Virus record (IMG/VR): IMGVR_UViG_3300035208_003016
DNA length: 64,000 nucleotides
Reading direction: 5' to 3' (one strand)
Source of the DNA: an uncultured virus (IMG/VR IMGVR_UViG_3300035208_003016)
Lineage: Duplodnaviria; Heunggongvirae; Uroviricota; Caudoviricetes
In this document: positions 13,238 through 23,929 of the stretch, one piece after another
Numbering within the stretch: position 1 is the first letter of the stretch
Layout: every line of letters begins with the position of its first letter
Notes under the pieces: generated by a model
Database searches by the model: none
Told to the model about the DNA's origin: nothing
The model's input: the letters and a program-made list of their open reading frames with translations, nothing else
Program-made: the position numbers and the translations under genes

Positions 13238-14049
13238 AAATTAATTCCTTCATTTTTTGAAAATTCTTTTAATTTTTCAATTGTTTTAAAAGGTTTTATA
13301 TCTTTATAAAAACTTTTTGTATTAAATGCAGTTTGTACTGATTTAGTATTATAATTATTATCTCTACAGAAATTGGTTAATCCAAAAACTTCTTTAACTT
13401 TTCCACTATTATATAAAATATAATATATCTTTTTTAATTCATTAGCTCTTCTATTAAATTGATTATAATTTTTATAATTTTCTATTATTTTTAATTTTTC
13501 TTCTTTTGTTTTTAATTTCCATTTATCTCTATAAAAAACTATATAATTTTGCGATGAATTAAATTTTTCTCTCGCTACTGAATTAAGATCTTTATAATTT
13601 AAATTTCTTTTTTCCGCCCAAGATTTTAAACCATTCACTCTAAATATTTTACCTTCTTTATTTATAAGTATATATTTTTTACCAAAAATTTTTCTAAGTT
13701 TTTCTAGTTGTTCTATACTTAAAATTCTACATTTACATAAACCACCAGCTTCTTTTAATCTTTGAGTATTAACTAATTTTTTATTATCTTTAATATATAA
13801 TTTTATAAATTCTAATTCTTTTTGATATGCATCTTGTTCTAATTTTGTAGAATATAGAATCTTAATATTTGGTTTTTCATTTATATGTTTTCTAAACCAA
13901 TTTGCTCTATGATTCTTTTCTTGTTTTTTAGTAGCAGAGTATATATGATCAAACATTCTATGAGTCATATTATATGTTTTTCCAATATAATAAGAATCTG
14001 ATGTATCAAATGATAGTTCATATATAATAAATGTTTTATCTTTTTTCAT
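13228..14049 (-). CDS. GIY-YIG homing endonuclease
   Basis: FIIYEL...YYIGKT...R..DH...E..FIK...LVN, followed by repeated DNA-binding modules. Confidence 0.75.
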   Translation of the reverse strand: MKKDKTFIIYELSFDTSDSYYIGKTYNMTHRMFDHIYSATKKQEKNHRANWFRKHINEKPNIKILYSTKLEQDAYQKELEFIKLYIKDNKKLVNTQRLKEAGGLCKCRILSIEQLEKLRKIFGKKYILINKEGKIFRVNGLKSWAEKRNLNYKDLNSVAREKFNSSQNYIVFYRDKWKLKTKEEKLKIIENYKNYNQFNRRANELKKIYYILYNSGKVKEVFGLTNFCRDNNYNTKSVQTAFNTKSFYKDIKPFKTIEKLKEFSKNEGINLCQ

Positions 14050-14055
14050 CCTATA

Positions 14056-14084
14056 AATATAGTTTAATTTTAAGATAAAGTCAA
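14056..14084 (-). promoter_or_regulatory. sigma70-type promoter (leftward)
   Basis: TTGACT-N17-TATATT on the minus strand. Confidence 0.75.
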
Positions 14085-14092
14085 GTTATATA

Positions 14093-14121
14093 TTGACTTT
14101 AATTTGTTTTAAGAGTATATT
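14093..14121 (+). promoter_or_regulatory. sigma70-type promoter (rightward) for the Cas4-like gene
   Basis: TTGACT-N17-TATATT, then SD AAAGGA before ATG 14146. Confidence 0.75.
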
Positions 14122-14145
14122 TATGTATACTCGAAAGGAACTTTT

Positions 14146-15162
14146 ATGTCTATAAATTTACGTAGTGATGTTAATTTTATTACTGATGCTTTTAAGCAAG
14201 AAATGAATGAGATGCGTAGCTCTGAACGTGGAGCTTATGCTAGAACTCAAAATATCGCATGGCCGTCCGAAGCGGGATGTTCGCTTGGTAAGATCAGTGT
14301 AGGTGAATGTACCAGAAAAATGTATTATCGTATCTCTGGTGTAGCTCCTACAGAACCAATGAGTATTACTGGTAAAAATGTTTGTGATGCTGGTAATCTT
14401 TATGAAGACTATTTGATTAATAAGTTTAAAAAATATGGAATGTATAAAGATAGTCAGATTAAACTTGATTTTTTGATTCCAGATAGTAAACATAAAGTCC
14501 AGGTAAACGGTCGTATGGATTTATTAATAGAACATAATAAACAACGATCTGTTATTGAAATAAAATCTGTAAGTGAATTTAAAGCTGCTAAAATTATGAA
14601 CAGTGAGATACCACTTCCTTCATCATCTAATCTTATGCAAGCAATGCTTTATAAATACTATACAACCTCTACAGAGGCTGGTAAAGCTCTTAATGTAGAT
14701 AATGTATATCTTATGTATGTTAATCGTTCTATGGGATCTACGTTTTATTATAAAGTATGTATAGATGATAGCGGCTATGCAATACTTACATCTTATGATT
14801 TAGCTGGTCGTGAACTTGGAACTGTTAATCTTAAAGATGTTAAATCATTTGAAGATCTAGAACGTACTCCAGGTGTAAGTGAAAGTGATGAAGCTAGACT
14901 AGCTGAACTTAAAATTAATATCAAAGATATTTTTGATAAGTTTGATAAAATATATGATTATGCTAGAAGTAATACTTTACCTAAATGTGATTACAATATG
15001 ATTTATACTCAAGCGCAAGCTGAATATGAACATAATATTGGACGACTATCTAAAATGAAACTTAATAAAGTTAAAAAAGGTGAAGTAGTAGGCGATACTA
15101 AATGTCAGTATTGTGATTTTAGAACTAAATGTATGCAAGATAATGGAATAAGTTTTAAATAA
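14146..15162 (+). CDS. Cas4-like / PD-(D/E)XK exonuclease
   Basis: PSEAG...CTRKMYY, GRMD...IEIKS, QAMLY and C-terminal CQYCDFRTKC (4-Cys Fe-S pattern). Confidence 0.8.
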   Translation: MSINLRSDVNFITDAFKQEMNEMRSSERGAYARTQNIAWPSEAGCSLGKISVGECTRKMYYRISGVAPTEPMSITGKNVCDAGNLYEDYLINKFKKYGMYKDSQIKLDFLIPDSKHKVQVNGRMDLLIEHNKQRSVIEIKSVSEFKAAKIMNSEIPLPSSSNLMQAMLYKYYTTSTEAGKALNVDNVYLMYVNRSMGSTFYYKVCIDDSGYAILTSYDLAGRELGTVNLKDVKSFEDLERTPGVSESDEARLAELKINIKDIFDKFDKIYDYARSNTLPKCDYNMIYTQAQAEYEHNIGRLSKMKLNKVKKGEVVGDTKCQYCDFRTKCMQDNGISFK

Positions 15163-15628
15163 CGTTATTATCTTCTAACCAAGAAGTTATATATGTATTA
15201 AGTGTTTCATCTGGAATAGATGTATTTCTAAATATATTTCTTATTTCTTCTAATTTTGGAAACTCTATTGGTTTAGGGTTTCTAAATTCTCTATGATATA
15301 GTTCGTTATTATGATTAGATACAACTATGACGTGTTCGTTATCTGAATGATTTAATCCAACTGTTACACTATCGTTTTCATTTAGTTTTATAAGCATATT
15401 ATTTTACCTTATTATATTCTTCTCGTATATGAGTTATAAGTTCTTTTATTTCTTTTACCCAAATTAAAGCATCGTCATAAGCTTTTCCTTTATGAGTATT
15501 ATAACCATCATCATTTATGAAATCTTTTTCTAAATCATCTTGAGTTATATATAATCTATCACATAAATCTTTAGTTAATCTCATAGCTAACATTGATGGT
15601 AATTTTGCAAGATCTATTGTTATCATAT

Positions 15629-16117
15629 TTATATTTCTAGAATAATTGGTTTTACTTCAGTTTCAAGATCGGATATTTTAATAAGAGATATTTGATCTTT
15701 TTTACGAGTATATATACAATATAAAGCTTCGTTAATATCAGTTACAATTTTACTGAAATCAGTCTTTCTAAGACAAAATCCTAAAAGTTCATGTCGGTTA
15801 TATAATTTAAATTGATTAAAATATTTAAATGCAATATAATCAGACTTACCTTTTATCCATCCAGGTCCACCAAAAATATTTTTCCATTCAATCCAATACA
15901 TATCTCTAAGTCGTTCTGAACGTCTAGATAATCTTTTATGATCTTTAACGTCGACTTTATAAGTTTTATTATTAAATTTTACTGTAAAATCAAAATGGGA
16001 ACAAGTATTTTCATTCTCTGTAGAATTACTTACCAGTTCCCAATTATGTTTTTTAAGTGTTTCTATAAATAAATTTTCAGCAGTTTGACCTTCTTGTACT
16101 GAACTAAGATAAATCAT
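15629..16117 (-). CDS. PD-(D/E)XK nuclease-family protein
   Basis: G..AE..F, HFDF, VDVK, WIEWKN..G..GW. Confidence 0.6.
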   Translation of the reverse strand: MIYLSSVQEGQTAENLFIETLKKHNWELVSNSTENENTCSHFDFTVKFNNKTYKVDVKDHKRLSRRSERLRDMYWIEWKNIFGGPGWIKGKSDYIAFKYFNQFKLYNRHELLGFCLRKTDFSKIVTDINEALYCIYTRKKDQISLIKISDLETEVKPIILEI

Positions 16118-16931
16118 TAAGTTTTTCTATTTCTACGTCTGAAACGTTTAACATTATTTTAATTTCTTCTGGATTATGAGGAACTTCTGTTCCAATACCG
16201 TATCGAAGTTTAATAGCGTTTTTTAATATATCTGAATAATTTTCAATACATGACATGAGATGTATTTCCATATTTTTAAATAATTCAGTTTCTTCATCTG
16301 TTGTTATTTGATCTATATATTCACACACAAATGCATCTTCTGTTGTAGCTGAACTAAGCTCTAGAAGCAGTAAAACGCTTTCAATGAGTTTTTCACTTAG
16401 TTTAAAATCTTTAGATATTTTTAATTCTTTTTGTATTTCATTAAGTGTTGGTTCTCTTCCAAGACTTACAAGTAAATAATTATGAATTTCACTTACTGAT
16501 TTCATATTTCTAGCTATATCTCTTGGTGCTCTTATAAGTTTATTGTATTTAATAAAATCTATAAGTCTTTTTCGTACATGAAAATATGCATATGTTGTAA
16601 ATGAAGTATTTTTACTGAGATCAAATGTATCTATACTTTCAAGTAATCCAATAGTAGCTTCTTGAAAAAGTTCATTAACTGAAGTTGTATCATTGAGAAG
16701 ACTTATGTATCTAGATACATATTTCATTGCAAATCCACCATTAGATAACGCAATATTATTTCTTATATTATAATATTCTTCTGATTTATCTTTATCAGTA
16801 AGTATATATGGTTTAAGATCGTTTAATTGATTTAACCAGATGTTATTTTGATTTTTATTAGATGATGGATATTTTTTTACGTATGTATTAACACTTTTTT
16901 TAAGACTACCATATTCTTGTGAATTTTTCAT
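16104..16931 (-). CDS. sigma70-family RNA polymerase sigma factor
   Basis: ELFQEATIGLLESIDTFD...FTTYAY (region 2), LGREPT..EI (region 3), LRYGI (region 4). Confidence 0.85.
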   Translation of the reverse strand: MKNSQEYGSLKKSVNTYVKKYPSSNKNQNNIWLNQLNDLKPYILTDKDKSEEYYNIRNNIALSNGGFAMKYVSRYISLLNDTTSVNELFQEATIGLLESIDTFDLSKNTSFTTYAYFHVRKRLIDFIKYNKLIRAPRDIARNMKSVSEIHNYLLVSLGREPTLNEIQKELKISKDFKLSEKLIESVLLLLELSSATTEDAFVCEYIDQITTDEETELFKNMEIHLMSCIENYSDILKNAIKLRYGIGTEVPHNPEEIKIMLNVSDVEIEKLNDLS

Positions 16932-17475
16932 AGTTGATTTATACAGTTAGCTTCTATACCTTTGGATTTGAATCTGTCTACAAAACGTTGATCTGGATCA
17001 ATTATAAAATCAGCTTTGGAATATATAGATGAATCTTTCATCATATAATCTTTTATCCAATCATCTAATGTCCAAATTTTTCCTGGTTTAGTAGAAAGAT
17101 AAAAACTAAGTTTCTCAATAGGAACTTTAGTTATTTCTGATATTTCTTTGTATGGTTTTTTTTGGAGGCGTAATGTATGTATATCTTGGTGAGTTTTAAC
17201 TTCATCTGGATTATTATATTTAATGTTTAAACAATATAATCTCATTTTATATATATCTACGGTCTTAGACCATACATATATATAATTTTTTAAAGAAACT
17301 AAAGTTTCTAGTTCATCCTTTAATTTCTTTTTTTCGCTTTTTTCGATTATTGAAAAATCTACGAATACATTCATATTTACCATTTCTTAACGTTCTCCCA
17401 ACGAATAAACCATTTGTGAAACCTAATAGTAATGCTTTTTGATATATTTGTAACATAAAGCTCCTTTTAGTATAT

Positions 17476-17504
17476 AATATACTATCAGGAGCTTATAAAG
17501 TCAA
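17476..17504 (-). promoter_or_regulatory. sigma70-type promoter upstream of the sigma-factor operon
   Basis: TTGACT-N17-TATATT, hexamers identical to the pair at 14056-14121. Confidence 0.7.
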
Positions 17505-17516
17505 TATAATAATGTA

Positions 17517-17846
17517 TTAACAATAATAATCGTGATCTATCCATTCACAGGTTACTTGTTTATCTAGAAACTTAGAAATACTTTCTTCTACGTCTTTTTT
17601 AAATTGTCCCATAGTTTCATCATCTTTCATATATTGTGGATTTCTACCAAGAAATGTTTGCGCTGTATTTAATTCAAAATCTGTATGATAATGAGGACAA
17701 TCTTCAATTTCATCAAGATCGTAAGTACTATCTAAATTATATTTATCTTTACATATTTTTTTAAATTCATCATAATCTATTCGATATCCATATATCATGT
17801 AACTAGATGAACTACTATTTGATACAAAACCGTTTCTAATTTTCAT
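17517..17846 (-). CDS. GFVSNSSSSS-motif family protein
   Basis: N-terminus MKIRNGFVSNSSSSSY. Confidence 0.8.
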   Translation of the reverse strand: MKIRNGFVSNSSSSSYMIYGYRIDYDEFKKICKDKYNLDSTYDLDEIEDCPHYHTDFELNTAQTFLGRNPQYMKDDETMGQFKKDVEESISKFLDKQVTCEWIDHDYYC

Positions 17847-18197
17847 TTAACATTCTCCATCATCTATAATAAAACTATCTTTAGAAACCATTTCTTTAGT
17901 AAGTCTACAGCCATAAAGTCCAGCATATGGTTTATCATAGTCTTCACTTCCAGCACTAAACTTTTTTATTACATATCCTTGTTTTAGTAATTTAATAGCT
18001 TTTTTATAATCTTTACGATTGTTAAATTCTTCATCATTTAACCAATCATAATATTCTCTAAATTCAGCTTCGGTTCTTATAAATGTTATATCTTTTTTTG
18101 GAATAGTCATTATAATATTTAGATCTTCATCTTCTTTTTGTACTATCATAAAGCTGCTAGATGAACTATTACTTACGAATCCTGCTCTTATTTTCAT
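17847..18197 (-). CDS. GFVSNSSSSS-motif family protein
   Basis: N-terminus MKIRAGFVSNSSSSSF. Confidence 0.8.
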   Translation of the reverse strand: MKIRAGFVSNSSSSSFMIVQKEDEDLNIIMTIPKKDITFIRTEAEFREYYDWLNDEEFNNRKDYKKAIKLLKQGYVIKKFSAGSEDYDKPYAGLYGCRLTKEMVSKDSFIIDDGEC

Positions 18198-18206
18198 ACT
18201 TACTCC

Positions 18207-18623
18207 TTAATAATTATCATTACTTATATATTGTATATATGTTCTTAATTGTTTTGGATGTATATTATATTTAGCTAACTTTTCTTTAATTTGGTTATCA
18301 TCTAGTTCATCAAGTTCTACCACTACACCATCTAGTCCATCATTTTCATTTGAAATATCTATTCCAATGATAATTTCTCCAGCTTCTTCACCATCAAAAT
18401 AACTTCTAATTGTTTCAATTTCTAAACCATCTTTAGATAATTTACTATATAATCGATCTTGAACAAAAGCATCTTTATCTGTAGGTTTGTTTAAATTATA
18501 ACAATCTTCATCAGAAGTATCTATATTAAATAATTTAATACATTCATCTGTATTAACTTTTGTTCCTCGTATAACAAAACTGGAACTACTAGAATTACTA
18601 ACAAATCCATTTCTAATTTTCAT
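18207..18623 (-). CDS. GFVSNSSSSS-motif family protein
   Basis: N-terminus MKIRNGFVSNSSSSSF. Confidence 0.8.
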   Translation of the reverse strand: MKIRNGFVSNSSSSSFVIRGTKVNTDECIKLFNIDTSDEDCYNLNKPTDKDAFVQDRLYSKLSKDGLEIETIRSYFDGEEAGEIIIGIDISNENDGLDGVVVELDELDDNQIKEKLAKYNIHPKQLRTYIQYISNDNY

Positions 18624-18989
18624 TTAATAACCTCCTTCACCTTCAATTACGGTAATATTACTATTTGATAAATCTTTAATACCTCGATCAAGTAAAAATT
18701 GTTCAATTGGATCTTCATAGTTATCACTACTCATATTTAAAATTATAATATTACCATGAGTTTTTAAGTAATTATTAAGTTTAATAAATTCTTCTTTTTG
18801 GTTGTCATCATCATAATATCTATCTTTTATGAAATCCCAAAGTTCATCTTCAGATGTGATTGTTTGTTCTAGATATTTAGATAAATCTGCTTCTATTTCT
18901 ACTTTAACTTTTAATTTATTTTGATCGATAGCTGCTATAATAAAACTAGATGATGAACTATTTGATACAAATCCTGTTCTTAATTTCAT
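18624..18989 (-). CDS. GFVSNSSSSS-motif family protein
   Basis: N-terminus MKLRTGFVSNSSSSSF. Confidence 0.8.
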   Translation of the reverse strand: MKLRTGFVSNSSSSSFIIAAIDQNKLKVKVEIEADLSKYLEQTITSEDELWDFIKDRYYDDDNQKEEFIKLNNYLKTHGNIIILNMSSDNYEDPIEQFLLDRGIKDLSNSNITVIEGEGGY

Positions 18990-19291
18990 GAATAATGTTC
19001 TCCTGCATATACTTTTGCTTTATCTGTTAGATTAAATTCTTTTTGAAGTTCTTTTTCGTTTTCTAATATTGTTGATATATCTATACATCCATAATCATAT
19101 TCTGATACATAAGTGTATTTACCTATTCCAAATTTTTCATTGTTTGTATAATTACTTAAAACAACATAATCTGAATTTAAACAGTCGTTATTAATTTTTT
19201 CAACTAATTCTTCTGTTTCATCGCATTCTATTCCAACAATAATAAAACTAGATGAGCTAGAGTTACTTACAAATCCGCTACGTATCTTCAT
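18986..19291 (-). CDS. GFVSNSSSSS-motif family protein
   Basis: N-terminus MKIRSGFVSNSSSSSF. Confidence 0.8.
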   Translation of the reverse strand: MKIRSGFVSNSSSSSFIIVGIECDETEELVEKINNDCLNSDYVVLSNYTNNEKFGIGKYTYVSEYDYGCIDISTILENEKELQKEFNLTDKAKVYAGEHYS

Positions 19292-19723
19292 TTAACCGTT
19301 CCTTCCAGCTCCATAGGAGTATTGAAAACTTTGAACTCCAGTATTATGTCCTATTCCAAATATAGTTTGTCCTATAGGCTCAAAATCATCACAATCTATA
19401 TCGTAATTGGTATCACCATCTGGATCTTCTTGAATATCTTCTCCATAATTAACTTTAATATATTTATCTTCAAATTTAGTTGGATCTATTTTTATTGAAA
19501 CTTTATTACCATCAAAAGCTTCATTATAAAAACTTTTATCTTTTTCTCGATAACATCTATCCCAACCTGATTTTTCTATAATTTCTTTTACTGTAAGAAT
19601 TTCATAATCTATATGATTACTTTTACAATATTCGGTAAATTTAGTTTCATCTATAAGTTTTCCAATTCCTATAATATAACTAGAACTACTGCTATTACTT
19701 ACAAAGCCTTGTCTGATTTTCAT
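19292..19723 (-). CDS. GFVSNSSSSS-motif family protein
   Basis: N-terminus MKIRQGFVSNSSSSSY. Confidence 0.8.
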   Translation of the reverse strand: MKIRQGFVSNSSSSSYIIGIGKLIDETKFTEYCKSNHIDYEILTVKEIIEKSGWDRCYREKDKSFYNEAFDGNKVSIKIDPTKFEDKYIKVNYGEDIQEDPDGDTNYDIDCDDFEPIGQTIFGIGHNTGVQSFQYSYGAGRNG

Positions 19724-20180
19724 ATATAATATCCTTTACTAATTATTTCATTTTTAGGTATTTCTTCGTAACACTTTTTATTTTTAAAACTTTCATGTAT
19801 CCATTTACCTTGCATAAGATATAAATGACCTAAATTAACACAAACTGTTACATAATCTTGATCTTTATTATATATAAGAGTATATTGTCCATAATGACAA
19901 TCTGCTTGGAATGAGATATTATTATTTAATAAAAATTCTAATGGTTCGTCTTCATTACATAATATCCATAATTATAATTTTTATCTTTATTAGCTATTAT
20001 AGCATCTGAATTATTTTCTACTTGATCTGGATAATATGCATAAGTTTCATAGAATCCATAATCTTTTATCTTTTTAACGTCTTCATCTGATAAGATAGTA
20101 TCATCAAACGTCATTTTATGTTTAACTATAAAACTACTTGAAGATGAGTTACTTACAAAACCGTATCGTATTTTACTCAT
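19720..20180 (-). pseudogene. frameshifted GFVSNSSSSS-motif family gene
   Basis: MSKIRYGFVSNSSSSSF...YNYGYY stops at 19938; an alternative frame from about 19960 (CNEDEPLEFLLNNNISFQADCHYG...GYYI*) stays open to 19720 and abuts the next ATG. Confidence 0.6.
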
Positions 20181-20640
20181 TATCATTACCACCTTGTATA
20201 TATGATTTTTCATTAAATATAAAATTATTTAAAGTTTCTTTATCTTTGAATATAGATAAATCTCCAATACTTTGATGATCAATATAACCATCGATTATTT
20301 TTGTTCCATCATCATCTGAATGTAATATTATACATTTACACTTAGTTTTTTCTTTTATAAGATCTGATAACATTTTTACAAGATCGTGTCTTTTAGCATA
20401 TAAAGCTTGCATGTATGACCACATTATTTTATCTGTCCAAGCATGATATGTAGTGTTTTCCCATCCAAATTCATTATGTCCAAAATTAGAGTCAATAGTT
20501 ATAGTTCTTCCAGAACAATCTGGATAATAAAAATTGGTTTGTATATCATTTCGCAAATTAATAGTTTTATTATATTCTTTAGCTATAACTACAAAGTTGC
20601 TAGATGAGCTGTTACTCACAAATCCATTACGTACTTTCAT
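20173..20640 (-). CDS. GFVSNSSSS-motif family protein
   Basis: N-terminus MKVRNGFVSNSSSSNF; C-terminal GYIDHQS...GNDNE. Confidence 0.8.
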   Translation of the reverse strand: MKVRNGFVSNSSSSNFVVIAKEYNKTINLRNDIQTNFYYPDCSGRTITIDSNFGHNEFGWENTTYHAWTDKIMWSYMQALYAKRHDLVKMLSDLIKEKTKCKCIILHSDDDGTKIIDGYIDHQSIGDLSIFKDKETLNNFIFNEKSYIQGGNDNE

Positions 20641-20643
20641 GTT

Positions 20644-21057
20644 TTACTCCACTATAAATAATTCGAAAGAACTAAGTGCTTCTCCAACTTTAAATCTTTT
20701 ACCAATACACCAAATATGTAAAAGTTTACTTTTTTTAAGACAATCTATGTTCCAACTATATACTGGTCTACTTGTTGGTATACTTCCAGACCATTGGCCA
20801 TATCCACCAATTCCATTAAGATGTAATACATCACTACATCCACTAAGACGTTTAATTGGTAAATTATCTTTTACTGCAATAAAATCCATTGTTGTATAAC
20901 CACTATCATGAACGCGATTAGTTGGAATTATAATTAAACTATCAAAAATTCCTATATCTTCATTCCATTCACGTCTAGATATTTCTAGAAGTTCTTTTTT
21001 ACTCATCAAGTTTATACTTTTTACTTCTACTTTTGGTTCGCTTCGTAAATTGATCAT
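20644..21057 (-). CDS. hypothetical protein with N-terminal INLR motif
   Basis: 137-aa ORF starting MINLRSE, inserted within the paralogue array. Confidence 0.6.
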   Translation of the reverse strand: MINLRSEPKVEVKSINLMSKKELLEISRREWNEDIGIFDSLIIIPTNRVHDSGYTTMDFIAVKDNLPIKRLSGCSDVLHLNGIGGYGQWSGSIPTSRPVYSWNIDCLKKSKLLHIWCIGKRFKVGEALSSFELFIVE

Positions 21058-21658
21058 ATTTATCCTTAGAATCTTGATAACGTCGTATATTTAAGCCAGT
21101 ATATGCTTCAGGAGGTTTATTATTTATTTCAGTAAAAGTTTTACCAGTATAACATTGTGGACAACATATTGTATTTTTGTTAAATATATATTTTGGATAT
21201 TCAAAATGTTTATTACATAATTCCTGATTAGAATTATATGGTATGTTATAAACAATTATATCATTATTAAAATTCCAGAAACCAATATTTTCATTAAGAT
21301 CTAAGTCATCAGTATATATAAAATTATATTTATTAAGTTCGGATTTAGTGGTCCAATCTTCATTATTGCAAGTATCTATAAATATATTATTATTTTCTAC
21401 CCAAATATAAGTATCATAATTACAACTTGGAAATGTTATAGGAATTGAATTGGTTATAAAATCTTTATTTGATTTAACTAAGTTATTAAATTTCTTAAGT
21501 TGATCTTTTTTATATTGTATATATTGGCGATCGTCTGATAATCTAGAAGTAATCATTCCAGTAAGCATATCTCTTGTCAGTTGTATTGTATCAGTGTAAT
21601 CTTTTATTATAAAACTAGAAGAACTACTATTTGATACAAAACCAGATCTAATTTTCAT
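20999..21658 (-). CDS. GFVSNSSSSS-motif family protein with Cys/His cluster
   Basis: MKIRSGFVSNSSSSSF; CNKH...CCPQC. Confidence 0.8.
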   Translation of the reverse strand: MKIRSGFVSNSSSSSFIIKDYTDTIQLTRDMLTGMITSRLSDDRQYIQYKKDQLKKFNNLVKSNKDFITNSIPITFPSCNYDTYIWVENNNIFIDTCNNEDWTTKSELNKYNFIYTDDLDLNENIGFWNFNNDIIVYNIPYNSNQELCNKHFEYPKYIFNKNTICCPQCYTGKTFTEINNKPPEAYTGLNIRRYQDSKDKYDQFTKRTKSRSKKYKLDE

Positions 21659-21661
21659 TAA

Positions 21662-21943
21662 TTATCTCCATTCAACTTTATCTTGATCAATTCCAATTAA
21701 AGATAAATATTTATACATATCAAAATTATCCATAAACACATAACCTTCAACAAAATCATCTGTTACTGTAATATCCCATTGAAAATTAAGATCATCATCG
21801 TAACAACCACATTTATATCCAGCTTGTTTATCTATCTCAATATGATTCTGTATCTTTATAATTTGAGAGTTTGTTATATTAGAACGACCTATAATAAAGC
21901 TACTACTGCTACTATTACTAACGAAACCTATACGAGTCTTCAT
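21662..21943 (-). CDS. GFVSNSSSSS-motif family protein
   Basis: N-terminus MKTRIGFVSNSSSSSF. Confidence 0.8.
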   Translation of the reverse strand: MKTRIGFVSNSSSSSFIIGRSNITNSQIIKIQNHIEIDKQAGYKCGCYDDDLNFQWDITVTDDFVEGYVFMDNFDMYKYLSLIGIDQDKVEWR

Positions 21944-22512
21944 GTATCATTCCTTGAAATTATAGATATAACATTATTTTCTGCTAAATATATTATACAT
22001 TCTTCTATTGGTGTTTTCCAATGTTGATCTACTGTTATATATACAAGTTTATCTTCTTTTATATTTTTTAAAGTATCTAATTCTTTTTGTAATTCATTAA
22101 TTATATTATTATTATAATCAATATTATTTTTTATAGAAGTAAATAAATATTTAATTTCATCATGTTCAACGTCATGTATAATATAATCATAATCTAATTT
22201 TGAATTTTTGGTATTTTCTACCATTAATAATATTTCATTTATATTTGGAATTTTTAATAGTTCATTATATTTGTTTAATAAATTTTCATCTTTTTTAATT
22301 ACTTTTTTATATTCTTTTATTTTATTTTTTATTTCTTTAATTTTATCATTTTGATTTATAAAGATACTTTCTTTTTTATCTTTATTGTATATTTGACATA
22401 AATCAGTATATATTTTTATTAAATTTTCTTGTTCTTTAGGAATATTTGATGGAATTCCTAATATAAAAGATGAACTACTACTGTTACTTACAAAACCATG
22501 TCTAGTTTTCAT
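21940..22512 (-). CDS. GFVSNSSSSS-motif family protein, coiled-coil-like
   Basis: N-terminus MKTRHGFVSNSSSSSF. Confidence 0.8.
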   Translation of the reverse strand: MKTRHGFVSNSSSSSFILGIPSNIPKEQENLIKIYTDLCQIYNKDKKESIFINQNDKIKEIKNKIKEYKKVIKKDENLLNKYNELLKIPNINEILLMVENTKNSKLDYDYIIHDVEHDEIKYLFTSIKNNIDYNNNIINELQKELDTLKNIKEDKLVYITVDQHWKTPIEECIIYLAENNVISIISRNDT

Positions 22513-22891
22513 TTTTTCTTTTATTTTCTATTTCTTCAAATGATTTAGGTAATTTTTGTCCAAGATATATAGGAGTTAGTCTTAAAGTTCTTTTATAACT
22601 ATTGATGTGTTTTTGAGCATCTATAGTGTTTGGACAACTTTTACATGGAGTAAGAAATCCTACATTTGGAGCAAAACAATTATGAGAATTTTCTGAATCT
22701 GGATGTGTACATTTCATTTATACCTCAACATATAATACTTTATTTTTTATTTTATAAGAACGTTTTGATTCAACCCAATCTTTAGATTTAAGTTCAGCTG
22801 CTTCTTCATAAGATTCAGCTAATCTATAATTCCAAAATCTTTGTGGTATTTGTGCATTTCCAGATACAAATAACTGTTTAAAATCACTCAT

Positions 22892-23911
22892 TTAAACCTC
22901 ATATAGTGGACAATTACGGTTATTAGCTAAAAGTTTTTTTATTTTATCTTTATTAAAAATGGTTATTATCTTGCATATTTTTTTTAAGTATTTTTCAGAA
23001 AATCCTTGTTTTAATGCAATATTAATTTTTTTATGAATCCATTGTATATTACTTAATGTATATCCAATAGAATTATCAATTCTATCTAATGATGCTGTTG
23101 ATAGTTTTTTATATCCAAGTGTTATTGGTAATCCAGTTAAAGCGCAATATCCTTGTTGTTTCTCGAATTTTTTATATGCATCTTCTATTGTTATTGAAAA
23201 TTCTAAATTTCTTATTTTTGCTTTTTTTTCAATATCAGACCATTGTGTTTTATATAAATTTTTATATCCAGAAAACGATCGATTTTGTTTTATTACTGGT
23301 ATATTTGTTATTTTATTTTTAATTGGATTAATAATTAAATAGCAAAAATATAAAAATATATCATTAGATAGATTTAATTTCATTTTATTAATATCTTTAT
23401 GTATCCATCTAATATTATCTAGATTATATGATTTTGATGAATCTATTCTATCTAGTGATGCCGTTTTATTTTTATTTCTATAATCTCCAAGGTTTATTGG
23501 TAATCCTGATAGAATACATTTATGATTTTGTTTATATAATAAATCTACTGCTTGTTCTATAGATATGTTAAATTTTATTTTTCTTGTTTTTGCGTTATTT
23601 TTAATACCAATCCATGTTCTTGCTGATAATTCTTTATATCCTTTAAAACGATAATTATCTTTTCCTTTTTTATATTGATAGAATAAACATCCACAAGAAT
23701 AGGTGTGAAATAAATAAGAATATGGTTTTTTTAATAATTTTCCACATACGCAATTATATTCAACATACTCATTGAATTTATAATCTATTAGTTTAAATCC
23801 TGCTTCTTTAAATTTTAATTTGTATTTATTTAATGTTTTTAAATGTTGTTTTTTATTAGATTTATTCATATTATATACTCCTTTATTATAGTATAGGAAT
23901 ATATAACACAA
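22892..23911 (-). CDS. putative homing endonuclease with duplicated HNH-like domain
   Basis: Two copies of AK.R...F.I.IE...Q...C.L.GLPI.LG...TASLDRID.S..Y...NI.WIHK.IN; likely true start is the Met at 23869 after GGAG. Confidence 0.65.
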   Translation of the reverse strand: MCYIFLYYNKGVYNMNKSNKKQHLKTLNKYKLKFKEAGFKLIDYKFNEYVEYNCVCGKLLKKPYSYLFHTYSCGCLFYQYKKGKDNYRFKGYKELSARTWIGIKNNAKTRKIKFNISIEQAVDLLYKQNHKCILSGLPINLGDYRNKNKTASLDRIDSSKSYNLDNIRWIHKDINKMKLNLSNDIFLYFCYLIINPIKNKITNIPVIKQNRSFSGYKNLYKTQWSDIEKKAKIRNLEFSITIEDAYKKFEKQQGYCALTGLPITLGYKKLSTASLDRIDNSIGYTLSNIQWIHKKINIALKQGFSEKYLKKICKIITIFNKDKIKKLLANNRNCPLYEV

Positions 23912-23929
23912 ATAGCTTTTAAAAAAACA

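Noticed and set aside
17517..22512. DNA-level tandem repeat or DGR template/variable repeats behind the SNSSSSS motif
   Set aside because: Codons differ synonymously among copies, I saw no adenine-specific pattern, and there is no reverse transcriptase in the window
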